From: Okamejei kenojei
Taxonomy: Eukaryota
DNA: 64,000 bases
Reading direction: 5' to 3'
NCBI GenBank assembly: GCA_035221665.1
Contig: CM069156.1
Location: 20,460,001 to 20,524,000 of the forward strand
Shown here piece by piece: positions 11,571 through 24,830 of the stretch. The notes beneath the pieces were generated by a model. It ran no database searches, was not told where the DNA came from, and saw nothing but the letters and a program-made list of their open reading frames with translations. The translations under genes were made by a program, and so were the position numbers. How positions within the stretch are numbered: the first letter of the stretch is position 1; every line of letters starts with the position of its first letter.

Positions 11571-13633
11571 CATAGAAACATAGAAAATAGATGTAGGAGT
11601 AGGCTATCCGGCCCTTCGAGCCAGCACTGCCATTCAATCTGATCATGGCTGATTATCCACAATCAGTACCCCATTCCTGCCTTCTCCCCATATCCCTTGA
11701 TTCCGCTAGCCCTAAGAGCTCAATCTAACTCTCTTTTGAATGCATCTAGTGAATCGGCCTTCACTGCCTTCTGAGGCAGATAATTCTACAAATTCACAAC
11801 TCTCTGGATGAAAAAGTATTTCCTCACCTCAGTTCTAAATGGCCTACCCCTTATTCTTAAACTGTAGCCCCTGGTTCTGGACTCCCCCAACATCGGAAAC
11901 ATGTTCCTGCATCTAACTTGTCCAATCCCTTAATAATTTTATATGTTTATATAAAACCCCCCTCATCCTTTTAAATTCCGATGAATACAAGCACAGTTGT
12001 TCCATTCTTTCATCATATGACTGTCCTGCCATCCCAAGAATTAACCTCGTGAACCTATGCTGCACTCCCTCAGTAGCAATAATGTCCTTCCTCCAATTAG
12101 GAGACCAAAACTGCACACAATACTCCAGGTGTGGTCTCACCAGGACCCTGTACAACAGCAGAAGGACCTCTTTACTCCTATACTCAGATTGTCTAATGTT
12201 TGCTACCGGAGACTAAAAAGGACCTCTTTGCTCCTATACTTAAATCCTCTCATTATGAAGGTAAAATGCCATTAGCTTTCTTCAATGCCTGCTGTACCTG
12301 CATGCTTACCTTCAGTGACTGATGTACAAGCACACCCAGGTCTCGTTGCACATCCCCTTTTCCTAATCTGACACCATTCAGATAATAATCTGCCTTCTTG
12401 CTCTTGCCACCAAAGTGGATAACCTCACATGTATCCACATTATACTGCATCTGCAATACATCTGCCCACTCACCCAACCTGTCCAAGTCACCCTGCATCC
12501 TCATAGCATCCTCTTCACGGTTCAACCAGCCACCCAGCTTTGCGTCATCTTCAAATTTGCTAATGTCACTTTCAAATTCCTTCATCTAAATCATTAATAT
12601 AAATTGTAAATAGCTGCGGTCCCAGCACCGAGCCTTGCGGTACCCCACTAGTCACTCCCTGCTATTCTGAAAGGGACCCGTTAATTCCTACTCTTTCCTA
12701 TCTGCCAACCAATTTCCCATCCATGTCAATACCCTACCCCCAATACTATTTGCCCACTAATCTCCTGTGTGTGATCTTATCAAAGGCTTTCTGAAAGTCC
12801 AGATACACTACATCCACTGGCTCTCCCTTATCCATTTTACTTGTCACAGCCTGAAAAAATTCCAGAAGATTAGTCAAGCAATATTTCCCCTTCATAAATC
12901 ATTGCCGACTCGAACTAATCCTGTTACTGCTATCCAAATGCGCCACTTTTACAACTTTAATAATTGACTCCAGCATCTTCCCCACCTCCGATGTCAAGCT
13001 AACTGGTCTATAATTCCATGTTTTCTCACTCCCTCCTTTCTTAAAAAGTGGGATAACATTAGCTATCTTCCAATCCACAGGAGCTGATCCAGAATCTATA
13101 GAACATTGGAAAATCATCACCAATGCATACATAATATCTAGAGCCACCTCCTTGATTACCCTGGGATGCAGACCATCAGGCCCTGGGGATTTATCAGCCT
13201 TCAGTCCCATCAGTCTACCTAACACCATTTCCTGACTAATGTAAATTTCCTTCAGTTCCTTTCCACCCTAGATCCTAGTACTTCTGGGAGATTTGTTTGT
13301 GTCTTCTTTAGTGAAGACAGAACCAAAGTACCTGTTCAACTCGTCTGCCATTTCTTTGTTCCCCATAATAAATTCTCCTGTTTCTGTCTTCACTAAGATT
13401 TGTCTTTACTAATCTTTTCCTCTTCACATATCTAACGAAGCTTTTACTATCCTCCTTTATATTCTTGGCTAGCTTACCATCATACTTCATCTTTTCTTCC
13501 CATATTGCCTTTTTAGTTACCTTCTGTTGTTCTTTAAAAGTTTCCCAATCCTCTTGCTTCCCGCTCATCTTTGCTACGTTATACATTACGTCTTCTCTTT
13601 TAGTTTTATACAGTACTGTCCTTTGACTTCCCT
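11571..13633 (-). mobile_element. CR1-type LINE (about 2 kb, decayed RT) nested in Rex1
   Basis: ORFs KADKSPGPDGLHPRV..NYRPVSLTS, SKFEDDAKLGG and YRVLVRPHLEYCVQFWSP; 3' tail (CATAGAAA)2 at 11571-11586. Confidence 0.92.
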
Positions 13634-13800
13634 TGACGATGGTATCCGTCAACATACCGAATGTCCTCAGTCTTTTGAGGAAGTAGACGTGTTGATGAGC
13701 TCTCTTTGTGATTTCATCGATGTGGCCAGCACAGTTCTCCAGAGATATGCATGCCCTGGAATTTGAAGCTGTTGAGGCGTTACTCAATACTTCCATGCTG
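13634..13800 (-). mobile_element. Rex1-type LINE fragment, upstream part of 11050-11570
   Basis: ITKRAHQHVYFLKRLRTFGM matches the Rex1 KKAQQRLYFLRRL motif. Confidence 0.65.
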
Positions 13801-15366
13801 GTAAAGATGGGCTCAAAGTCCTGGGAAAAGTCCCATGCGGGATTGTCGATAGTTCTTGGCATAGCTGGATTTCTGGCCTACCAATGAACCAAACATTTCA
13901 TTATGCATTTCTATCATTTTTCTTCCAAGCCCAAAATGACAGAAATGACTGTTATAATCCTGCCAGAATGCTCGGTCATTGAGTGAACAAAACAGACAGA
14001 GGATTCAGCCTGATCTGGACTGCACAGCTCATGTTTCAAATAAGCAACAAGTAATAAATATTACCTGTAATATTTGAAATGCCTGATTCAAAGAGAGGTG
14101 AGAAAGTATTCTGCGGTAAATTTAGGCACAAAATTATTTTGTCATCTCTTTTTACTATTTTTACTATTTCAAAAACAATACGATTAAAAAGTACTGAACT
14201 TGTTGTGGATATCTTGAACAAAAGCACCTCAAGAGGTAAACACAACTTAAATCGAATTATGCAATATACTGTAATTATGCATAATATTATTGTACAATTG
14301 TTCTCACTGTCAGTGCCACATACAGTTTTTTGCTTCCATTCAATCAATTATCCCTGGGCCTTCAGTTAAAGGAGACAGTGTCATCCATGCAGATTTTATT
14401 AGTCCAACACCTTTTAACATTACTGAAGTTAGCACATCAGTTGATGAAAGGTGTGGCTGAACATTTACAATATTGTCCACAGTTCGATAAATGTAAATTC
14501 CTGTTGTTCACTGTGGTCATTTCAACTCTGTTTTTGGCTTGTTATTTTAGTGAAAGACTTCCACAGATCACTTGATTGAACTCCAGAAGTTCCTACCCAG
14601 CATCTTCAAGGGAGCTACTTCCCAAGAAGAATTGTTGCAGTTGAAGGCAGAAGACTGCTGTCTCACAATAAATACCTGTTTTGCAGACAGAGCCCACATC
14701 CCAGAAATGAATCATACTTCAAAAACGAAACTGGCATCACCGAGGTAGAATCTCTGCAGGGTTTAAGTGGGTTATATAAAGGATAATCAATTGCAGTCAG
14801 CTATATAAAGGATGGCAAACAGCTGGTAGTGGGCTACACAAAAGGCTAGAAATTGCAAGGCATGTTAAAGCAATGCTACACAAGTGGCCCACTCTATTTT
14901 TGAGCAAATCCCCTAGCCCTCATAGTGATATTCTATCCTGTAGGAGACCAGGAATGTTGTGTGAGAGAGCAAGCCTTACATATTGAAAGCAACACAAAGG
15001 CCTTTCGGAGGATCCATTAACTGATCAAAAGATTACAAGTAGGGGGAGAAAAATAGCCATGATAGAAAGAAGAAAGTCAAGAAAGGTCGATGGAAGGGTG
15101 TAGGTTGATGTGGGGTGCTGGTTATAAGATAACTGGGTGGTTGTGGAGTGCTATTATTGCTCAGGTAAAAGATCAGGAGGGCAAGAAAGATGATGGGTGG
15201 ATGTAGAGAGTCCTGGTGTGTACGGTCATTCAGGGAGATGATTGTGTGATGATTTGGTCTAAAGCCAGGGAGACATTGGTAGTCAGGAGTGGAGGGGCAG
15301 CAAAACACAAAGACACTCTAACAACAAACCAGAAAAGAGTACTTCACACAGCAACTGGGTTATATA

Positions 15367-15732
15367 CAGGCTATCCCCCAGGTTATGAACACACAACCCA
15401 TACATACAATCAACCACCCATAATATTATTAACTTTGAAAGTCCAACATATATACATAGATACATACATTTGTTCCTATGTTTGGCTGAATTAGTTTCCT
15501 TTCTCCCTCCCTCTCTCTCCACTTTTCTTTGTTTTCAGTCTCATGCACTTTTGTTGTCATGATTAAAATACTGATGTGGGGGCTGGTTATGAGATAATTG
15601 GGTGACCAATGGGTGGACTGATTGCTCAGGTGGAGGTATGGTGATCATATTGGTGTATTTCCAACTTACGGACAAAATCTACTTATGGACATCTGTAAAA
15701 ATGGAACTGGTTCGTTACCTGAGGACGGCCTG
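15367..15732. mobile_element. Tc1/mariner (Tigger-like) MITE
   Basis: TA-CAGGCTATCCCCCAGGTTATGAAC on the left; GTTCGTTACCTGAGGACGGCCTG-TA on the right (imperfect TIRs, TA target-site duplication). Confidence 0.6.
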
Positions 15733-16289
15733 TAAAGGTTAATAAATAATTGAAGAGTGGGCTACATAAAGGGCATTAAACGATTGAATGGTGGGCAATG
15801 TAAAGGTTAATAAACAATTACATGGTGCATTATACAAAGGCCAGTAGGATGCTGAAAGTAATTTTTATTATGAAGAATAATAATCCTGGTATTAAAGGTA
15901 ATAGATAGCAGACAGTGGAATAAGAAGGTATAATGGATAACTGTTAATCTGGTCCATGAAGGGTGAAAACCAGCTGATTGTAAATTATACAAGATATAAT
16001 AAATAACTGGCATTGGATTATGTATAAATATAATGGATTTCTATCATCAAGTTATATTCTGGACTGAGCTGTCAACACAATGGATTTTGTGTGATAAGAA
16101 GCCGATCTGTGATCTGTAAGTTCGGGCGCGCATAAACACAGTTGGTTTGGCTCTGTGTTGACAGTAGGTGCCCTATGTTCACTCTTCTTTGATCATTCCC
16201 ACTCTGTTCCATTCCTATTCATGAACTGAAACCTAACATCTGTTTGTCTATATCCTATCACCAACACCACGAACCATCTAATTAGTTTG

Positions 16290-16630
16290 TACCGAAGACA
16301 GACACAAAAAACTGGAGTAACTCAGCGTATCAGGCAGCATCTTTGGAGAAAAGGAATAGGTGGTGTTTCGGGTCTAAACCCTTCTTCAGACTGAGAGTCA
16401 GGAGAAAGGGAAACGAAAGATATAGACGGTAATATAGAAAGATCTAGAACAAATGAATGAAAGATATTCAAAAAAGTAAGAAAGTAACGATGATTCGGGG
16501 GAGGTAAAGTCCACAATGGTCCATTGTTGACTGAGGGCTAGGAGTTAAAGAGTTATACTGAGGATGAAACTCAATAGGATGACAGTGAAAATAGTATGAT
16601 GACTAGGGGTCAGTTCCTTCCTCTACATAA
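16290..16630 (-). mobile_element. Longer Penelope-like terminal repeat with hammerhead-like core
   Basis: Minus strand reads TGACTCTCAGT-CTGAAGA-AGGGTTTAGACCC-GAAACACC at 16400-16362. Confidence 0.65.
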
Positions 16631-16719
16631 TTAGTTTGTTCATTGTCTTTGTGCTTCTTTCTCAGAGCTCTCTTGGATTGTTGCCATTTTGACCATGCTG
16701 ACCATTTTGTAGAATCTTT

Positions 16720-17210
16720 GGAATGCACGACTTTTGCACACATCCGACATGACCAGTCCAGCGAGGCTACACTGAAATGAGAGCACCTGCCTATCTGGAA
16801 TGCTGCACAGCTCAAGAACAGCGGGGTATGGAATCCTGTCCTGGTACATGTATTATTTTAATGAAGGCAGTGCAGATGAAAGCCATTAAGAACAGAAATG
16901 TAAGACAATGAAACTCTGAATATTGTCCCATAAAACAGTGTAGGTGATATTTTGTAGATGTCAGCTTCGTCATTTTGTCCAATGTCAAAAATGGTTCTGC
17001 TTTCAGAAAGCAAGCATCAATGTCACCGTCTAAGATAGCACTGCAATGCAGGCCACTTCCAAGATAGAAATAATTCTTTGCTATTTGTAGTTCATAATCA
17101 TCCATGTTGACAGTGGCCGAGACATGGATTTAAGGCACTTCAGATTGATCGTCAATCCAATCCACGAGCCCACTTAAGCAAAAAGATCCAGAATTCTTTC
17201 TATATCCACA
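16720..17210 (-). mobile_element. Decayed RTE-clade LINE RT fragment
   Basis: Minus-strand translations YFYLGSGL...DIDACFLKA and LRWTGHV resemble the RTE motifs FxYLGS and LRWAGHV. Confidence 0.55.
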
Positions 17211-17513
17211 AGTATGTGAGGCTGTTAGAGCACAGTTATAACTCAGTAACAGATCACAGATGGTTGCCATCAACATCCATAGAATATTTACCAGGCAATA
17301 GTTTGTCATCTATGATGTTGCTGAATGCTTGTTGATTATGCTTGATGGGAGAAATGATTTATTTTGAATATAGAGGTATACTAAATAGTTGATGGGTGAA
17401 ATGAGCCTTATTTTGGGCAATAGGGAGCAGTATAAATCGTATTTAAAAAATTTAAAGGGAGCAAATGTAATATATTTGGTGTGACAAACACAAAATTACT
17501 TACTTGTCAGTTA

Positions 17514-17689
17514 TGGGTCTGTCCCACTTAGGCGATATTTTGGGCGACTACAGGCGACTGCCGCAAAATATTCAACACGTTGAAACATTTTCGTCGACAG
17601 TGGCGACAATTCTTGCTGTCGTAGGTTGTCACCAGGTGTCGTAGGTCCCTGGCAGTCACCTAAAGAGTCGCCTAAGTGGGGCAGGCTCT
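17514..17689. mobile_element. PIF/Harbinger-type MITE
   Basis: TIRs TGGGTCTGTCCCACTTAGGCGA and TCGCCTAAGTGGGGCAGGCTCT; TTA on both flanks (17511-17513, 17690-17692). Confidence 0.75.
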
Positions 17690-18539
17690 TTAAAAGATAA
17701 TTGATTATATGGAATATTGATAGAAATGAATTTGTATAATTTAAAATATTAAAAGGGGCAGAACAAGTAAAGATAGTTGGGGGAAAAGATTTGATTTAAA
17801 CGAGGAAGCACGTTGCGCAGCTCATAGCTGGGTGCATATCGCTAAGGTATCATTGGTTGAAGAAGGGTCTCGATCCAAAACCTCCTTCTCTCCAGATCTG
17901 CTGCCTGTCCCGCTGAGTTACTCCAACTTTTTGTGTCTGTCTTCGGTTCAAACCAGCATCTGCAATTCCTTCCTACACATTGGTTGGACACAGTTCTGTT
18001 CAATTTTACTGCAACAGTAGATACAGAGATGTGCAACATAATTGTACTGCGTAATTACTTCGTTTTGTGGTGAACACTCCGTCTTTTCACTTCAATAAGC
18101 CTGACCTGTAAGAACTGTTGAAGTAATTTATATTTACATTTTGGTGTATCTTGGAACTAAACCGTATTATATCAGGTTTATGTGGTTACTGTTACTTCTT
18201 TCCTTAATTTTATATTAATTTGAGCTCACTCCTAATTCCATCAAGAATTCCTTTATTGTCATAATTGCATAATTGTCCTTTTTTGATGTACTGCACAAAA
18301 CACTCTGCCACTGATGGCTGTGATTGCCATAATCCACTGCTGAGTGGGTAGAAATCTCTGCTATAGCCATAATCATGATTGACAAATGCACTGTGCTGGC
18401 CTCTTTTAAACAATTGGATAAAGCTGTTTGGGAAATAATATAGGGCTTAATTTTTTATGAAGGCAAGAGAAAAGAAGTGTTAACGAGCTCACAAAGCATG
18501 TCGCTGCACCGACCTTGTTGTGCACTAATGAGCTGCCAT

Positions 18540-18860
18540 TTTCCACCCAGAGAGTTGTGAATTTGTGGAAAGGCAGTGGAGACCAATTCACTGGATTAAT
18601 TTAAATGAGTGTTAGATGGAGCTCTTGGGGCTAGCAAAATCAAGGGGTAAGGGGAGAAGGCAGGCACGGGCTACTGATTGTGGATGATCAGCCATGATCA
18701 CAATGAATGGTGGTGTTGGCTCGAAGGGCCGAATGGCCTCCTTCTGCACCTATTCTACAGAAGATAGACGAAAAGTGCTGGATTAACTCAGCGGGTCAGG
18801 CAGCATCTCTGGAGAAAAGGAATAGATTAAGTCTCGGGTTGAAGCACTTCTTCAGACCTT
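18540..18860. mobile_element. CR1 3' end (+) abutting a Penelope-like fragment (-)
   Basis: CR1 tail GGCTCGAAGGGCCGAATGGCCTCCTTCTGCACC, then GAAGATAGAC...CTTCTTCAGAC. Confidence 0.65.
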
Positions 18861-18929
18861 CAGAGATGGCAGGGGCTCCACGGAAGAAGACCTGTCTTCG
18901 CTCCCTGGCAACTACTTCAGCAACACAGT

Positions 18930-19155
18930 ATAAGGAGCAGAACGGCCAGGTTTTGCAACAGCTTCTTCCCCCGAGCCTTCAGACTCTTGAATTCCATATA
19001 ATGTGCTGCCACTAGTATCTATTTTATCTTTTTTATCTATTTTATCCTTTTGTTATTTTATGTTGCACGGTGAGCCAGATGCAATGAAATTTTGTTCAGA
19101 CTTGCATTTGTTGGTGTATTTTTGACTGACAGTAAAGTATTTGATTGATTGATTT
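18930..19155 (+). mobile_element. Rex1-type 3' fragment
   Basis: AGGTTTTGCAACAGCTTCTTCCCC (RFxNSFFP) and a (TTGA)n tail. Confidence 0.5.
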
Positions 19156-19619
19156 ACCTTTGGTGTTCAGCTAGCTGGTCCAGGCTGAGATTTTGCAGCC
19201 TATTGCTGGACCGTCCAGATCAAAAAACTGCCCAGTCATCCTTTGAAGCTTTTCCATCGCTTAATTATATTAGCTGGGGAAATACCTTGCAGTATTTCCT
19301 TCTATAAGTAACCCCAAGCTCAGAGACAACCCCTCCTGAATAAGCCCCAGCACAAGTGGTGACACATGTTCAACTGTGAATGCATTCATGGGATGTTACA
19401 GTCAGCAGTGAGAAGCAGCAGCTTATCTTCAGCAAATGGCTTTATCTCAAACCAGCAACTATGTTAGCTCAGCACATGGTCATTGTTTCATTGTTTAGTA
19501 ATCGAGCCATTCAGTGACAATGGAAAATTCCTATTTAATAGTATTATGTCAATATAAGCTGCTTTGCGTGGTGAAGCAGGGGCCCCACCCTGCCCTTCCA
19601 TTTAGAATTTAACACAAGC

Positions 19620-19870
19620 TCAGAACATCCCAACGCACTTTAGAGCTAAATACATCTGAAGTACAATGACTGTGCTGACACAGGAAGAACCAATCTGTGA
19701 ACAGCTATGACATCCCCTCCACAAACAATTGCTGTATGTTCGCTTATTTGTTCCAGTTTGGTGCATAAAAGGATAGAATTTGAACAAAGCTCTGAGAGCT
19801 CTTTCTGAGTTGGACTTGAACCTACAGTCTTCTGACTCAGGGACATGAAACTCCCACTGGCCCACCATCA
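19620..19870 (-). mobile_element. Ancient Deu-domain SINE (SacSINE1-like)
   Basis: tRNA-like head with box B GGTTCAAGTCC on the minus strand; Deu-core-like AACATCCCAACGCACTTTA...GAAGTACAATGACTGT on the plus strand. Confidence 0.45.
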
Positions 19871-20239
19871 AAGTACAACAAATCAGCACGATAGTCAAAT
19901 ATCAGAACACTGAAACAATTCAATCATCAAGGGAATATTATTCACCATTTCTAAAAAATTGTAACTTGAGAGTGAATGCTACAGAAGGACAATTCTCCCG
20001 GAGTCTCTGCTGATGAGTATCAGGAACACCAAAAGGGAATTGAAGAACTTGAATTCTTCCTATTATTCCAATGGAAGAAAAACTGAGAAACACATTCGCA
20101 TGCTATCTTTTCTCAATGTGAACATTTAGAAATGCACATTTCGAAATGTCAGAAACGCGGATTTGGAAAATTAGAGTTTGAATATAAAAAATAGAGTGGA
20201 GAAAGAATGGTTTAGATAGAATGGATATTCAGTTTGTGG

Positions 20240-21570
20240 TCTTGGTGCAGCGATTCTGTGGGCGGTAGTATGGTAATCATCACTCCTGCAAGTGACCTAG
20301 AGTTTTGGAGAGTAGCCAAAGTTATTCCCCTGATTAAGAATTAGAAAATGGATCATCCAGGAACGTATAGGCGATTATTGGTTTCACGTCTTTGATAAGG
20401 AAGCTATTCGAGATATTACTTAGGGATAGGATTTATTCATGTTTGGAAAAAAATGGGCTAAATTAAGGTCAGTAGGCATGGATTTGTCTGCGGCAAGTCA
20501 TGTCTTACAAACTTGATTGAGTGTTTTGAGAAGATGAGGAAGGTGATTGATGAGATAAGGACAGTGGATGTAATAGATTGGCTGGTAAGTTTGCAGACAA
20601 CGCAAAGAAATTGGTGAAGTTGCAGACAGTAAAGATAGGCAGTAAAGAATACAGCAAGATATAGATTTGTTACAAATATGGGTCGGGAAATAGCAGAAAT
20701 CTAGGCAAGTGTGAGATGTTGCACTTTGAGAGGCCAAATGTAAGGGGAAAGTGAACATTTGATGGCAGGCCCTTTCACAGCATTGATGTACAGAGACTTC
20801 TCTGGGTACAAGTCCACAGCTCCGCGAAAGTGGCAACGTAAGGCGATAAAGTGGAAAGATGGTATATGGTAAGCTTGCCTTCATTCTTTGGGGCACTGAG
20901 TGTAAGAATGAGTGGGTCATGCTACAACTTTATGAAACTTATGAACACATTTAAAGTATTGTATGCAGTTCTGGTCACCCCATTACAGGAAGGATGTGGA
21001 GGCTTTGGGTGTAGAAGAGATGATTAGCGGGTGTTAGCTATAAGGAGAGGTTGGACCAACTTGGAATGCCGCAGGTTAAGGGGAGAAATTGGATGTTTAT
21101 AAAATTGTGAGATAGACGTAGATAGGGTAAACAGTCAGAATCTTTTATTTTCAAGATGGAAACGTCATAGACGATGGGGCATAGCTTTAAAGTGAGTGGA
21201 AAAAGTTGGCCCTATAGCAGAAGAGTCCACGTCACAGGGCTGGAAACTGGAAGTATCCTGAGATAATTCTGCTACCACCGTCATCTATTGCAACCTGCGA
21301 TGGCTCCCACTGATTGTCGCCGGAAGCTTGCGTCCTTTTCAGGTCGGACGATGACAGCGAGGTCAACATTTGAAACATGGACGATGGACACGAAAGAAGA
21401 AGTGAAAAAGTTGAAAAGAGATGAGTGGGGCCAGTTTTTTTTATACAGAGTAGTGGGTGCTTCTAACAAGTTGTCAGGTGGAAGCAGATATGAGGCTTTT
21501 AGATAGGCACATGAATATGCAGGGAATGGAAGAATATGGACCATGTGCAGGCAGAATGAATTGGTATCTT
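20240..21570 (+). mobile_element. Highly decayed CR1-type LINE
   Basis: Degenerate RT and 3' motifs (CATGGATTTG...TCATGTCTTACAAACTTGATTGAG; GCAGTTCTGGTCACCCCATTACAGGAAGGATG). Confidence 0.65.
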
Positions 21571-22139
21571 CTCCCGTGCAGAAATTTTGGGCAAAAGAGC
21601 TTATTCCAGTGTTGCACAATTCTTTGTATATTCTATACAAAGGCAAAAGATAGTGTGTTGGCTGTACATATGTTTTATATGTATACACATTATTATTTGC
21701 ATCCATGCCTGAGTTTTGGATATACCTGCTTGTGCATTGTGTGTTTTGTCTGTTATAAATGCATACATTTATATGTCTAAATTTGAACCTATTCATAGTT
21801 TTAAAATTTGTCTGTAACCGTGTACGTGTATGTGTGCCTGTCTGAGTGTATTTGTGTAAAAGTACGAGGGATATCGCTAGTTGGGGGAAAAAAACATTTG
21901 TAAAAGCACAGCCGGTTGGAGACTATGTAATTTAACACCTGGTAACTGTATAGGTTTTTAGTTGAGTTGAGGCATTCGCCATTTCCTAAATTCTCACCAC
22001 AATCTTGAACACCAACGGCAAGCATCATTCAATTATTTGTGACACAAGCTTAATTTCTCAGAGGGAGGAATATTGTGTGTACGCAATGTACTTCTCAAAT
22101 CGATTCCTCCATTAAAGCAATTAACCAGTTTTCAAGAGT

Positions 22140-22495
22140 GACACCTGGTGAAAGGGGCAGTGTCTTGACAGCTGCATCATTTGCCAGGTGACTGTCACTG
22201 GCTGTGCTTTCAGGACAGAACCGTGAGTCTCACCTTTGCAGATTCCACAAGGACTTTTAGCATTGTGCTGTCGGCACAAGCAGTGGCAGCAGTTGGGGAT
22301 GGAGCACTCGCACGTCAATGCAGCTGTCAGCACAAAGGCTGTCAACACCTGCACTAACCAGTTGTTTTCAAGGAGTTGGCTTTTAGCTCGACTTGTTCGT
22401 GAATCATATGATGCTCCTGAATGGATAATGAGAAAGGAGAAGGAAACCTGATTGGCTGCCGTGCTCTGACCACATCTGTCACCATGGCAACTGGA
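22140..22495. promoter_or_regulatory. Candidate enhancer (E-box, TGACAG, RFX and CCAAT cluster)
   Basis: Six E-boxes, five TGACAG/CTGTCA sites, X-box GTCACCATGGCAAC at 22478-22491, ATTGG at 22451-22455; motif evidence only. Confidence 0.35.
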
Positions 22496-23309
22496 TCTTA
22501 CACTGACTGGCCCTAGCTTGATGTTTTCCAGGAACAAGCCGATTCTGGGAAAAAATTAACCCTGTGGAGTCTTTTTTTACATTGTAGTCTTTGTTTACGT
22601 GGTTGATATTTTACATAGAATTCCACGTAATTTGCGCAGAGAACAGATCTTTCAATGATACTCACTTCAATTCACCACTATGTGCTAGTATGTGCTGCTC
22701 ATTCAAGTCTCAAACCTTACTTCATCTAATAATATCAACATTTCCTTTTGTTCCTATTTTTCTTGCGCCCCTCATGTTAAAGCATATGTCCATGGTATTC
22801 GACAGAAAAAGGCAAGTTTGATTTTTTGTGGCTGGTATCCCAAGCGACAAGAACAAAAGTCAAGGTCCACAGAACCTGCTGCCAGAAAACCTTACTAATC
22901 TATTAGAGTGGTGTGAGCCTTCCACTCCCCTTCAGGCACTGGAATCCATGATAACAGAGAGACCTCTTACTGCAGCATCTTGTCTGTGCTGCAATGGTAG
23001 TGTGACCTCAGCCTTCAGACATGCATCAGTGTTGGCGTGAAGCTGGCTTTCGACATCACAGGCCAGGTTGGAAATGGACTCCACCACACACTCAGAAGAT
23101 TCATACAAGCTTTCTTACAGAGCGTGCAATGCTCCATGTGTCTCAGTGCTCATCAGCACTAGTACGTAGACTGCACCAGTGCAACGTGGACTCATACAAC
23201 ATGGAAACATTCAAAAATCACCCATTTTAAACATTATGTACTAAGCTCATATTTTTTTTGTACCCACTGTATCGCCATCAATTTCCCCCAGATTCTAACA
23301 CTCACTCAC

Positions 23310-24010
23310 AGAAAATTGTGACACAGGTAGATAGGGTAGTGAAGAAGGAATTTAGCATACGTCTTTATATACAAGTGTATTGAGTATACGATTTGGGGCG
23401 TCATGTTGCAACTTTACAAAAGATTGGTTAGACCACAGGATATTATTACCACACTGTTAGAAAGATATGATTAGCATTAGAAAGAGTATAGAAGATATTC
23501 ACCAGGATGTGGCCTGGAATGGTGTGCTTTAGTTACAAGGAGGGATTGAATATGACTGGGGATAGACACAAAAAGCCGGAGTAACTCAGCAGATCAGACT
23601 GCATCTCTGAAGAAAAGGAATAGGAGACGTTTTGGATCGAGACCCTTCGTCAGACACATTGTTGGGATGAGACAGGGATTGTTAGTGGAACACAGATTGA
23701 GGGGTGAATTTATGGTGGTTTACAAAATCATAGGGGGCATAGATTGGGTAGATAATCACACACTGGAAGACATAGTGAGGGGAAATATTTAAGGGGAATC
23801 TGAGGGACAAACCTTTCACACAATGTGGTGAGTACATGGAATGAGCTGCCAAGGGAATTGGTAGAGACAATTACATGCACTTGGAAGGTACATGAATATG
23901 AAAGGATTAGAGGGATTTGGGCCAAATGCAGGTAAATTAGATTAGGATAGATAGACATCTTGACGGCATGGACAAGTCAGGCTGAAGAGCCTGTTTCCGT
24001 GCTGCATAAC
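23310..24010 (+). mobile_element. Decayed CR1 3' region interrupted by a Penelope-like fragment (23560-23656, minus)
   Basis: CR1 3' motifs; the insert reads GTCTGACGAAGGGTCTCGATCCAAAACGTC on the minus strand. Confidence 0.6.
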
Positions 24011-24039
24011 TCTAAGATTTTGTTATCTGCACATTAGGG

Positions 24040-24230
24040 ACAATTTACAGTGACATTTTATAATTTACAGTTAACTTATCTGTCAGCATATCTTTGGGTT
24101 GTGAGAGCAAACTGGACCATAACCACTTGGTCACAGACAGAACATGCATACTTCACACAGGCATTATGTATAAAACCCAACTTGCTGGAGCTGTAAGCTC
24201 GAAGGATTTCCTATTGTGCCATCCTGTGGC
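24040..24230 (-). mobile_element. Degenerate V-SINE/HE1-like SINE
   Basis: Colinear similarity to 3520-3722. Confidence 0.45.
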
Positions 24231-24800
24231 GTGTATCTAAACCATCAGTGGAAGCAGTACACAAACTCACTCTCCGGAGAGTAATGCATGAATTCTGCTT
24301 TCCTATTAGTCTGACTGCAATCCTCTCAGTCCACAGGTTGCCAGTTTTGATGCAGTTGTTTGCCAGCTGCATCTTCTCCTTCAAACTCATCTGACAATGC
24401 AGTTAGCAGCAATTATAGAAATGACGGTGATGTTCGGAATGCTGATTCCGAAATGTCACCCATTCCATCTCTCCAGAGATGCTGCCTGTCCGGCTGAGTT
24501 ACTCCAGCTTTTTGTGTCTATCTTCGGAATGCTGATGACGGAAATGTTTTGAATAGTAGAAATGGTGGATTCATGCAAGTTCTGATGATAATACTGGCTG
24601 TACTCTGGAACAATTTTATGTACTGCATTGAAAGTGATCACTTGAAAACGGGAAACAAAAATCTGAAAATTGTCCAAAGTTCATTTGGTTTCTGAATACC
24701 AGCTTAGTGTCTTCTTAATAGCTTTTCCTTCAGAACACTTAGAAAGGTGGAAAGATGAAAACATTAAGACACACAAAATATTGTATTAATATGATAAACA

Positions 24801-24830
24801 TTTATTTTTTTGCTCACCATTCATTTTATT
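24801..24830 (-). terminator. Probable HSPB1 polyadenylation signals (two AATAAA)
   Basis: TTTATT on plus at 24801-24806 and 24825-24830, about 520-550 nt after the stop codon. Confidence 0.6.
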
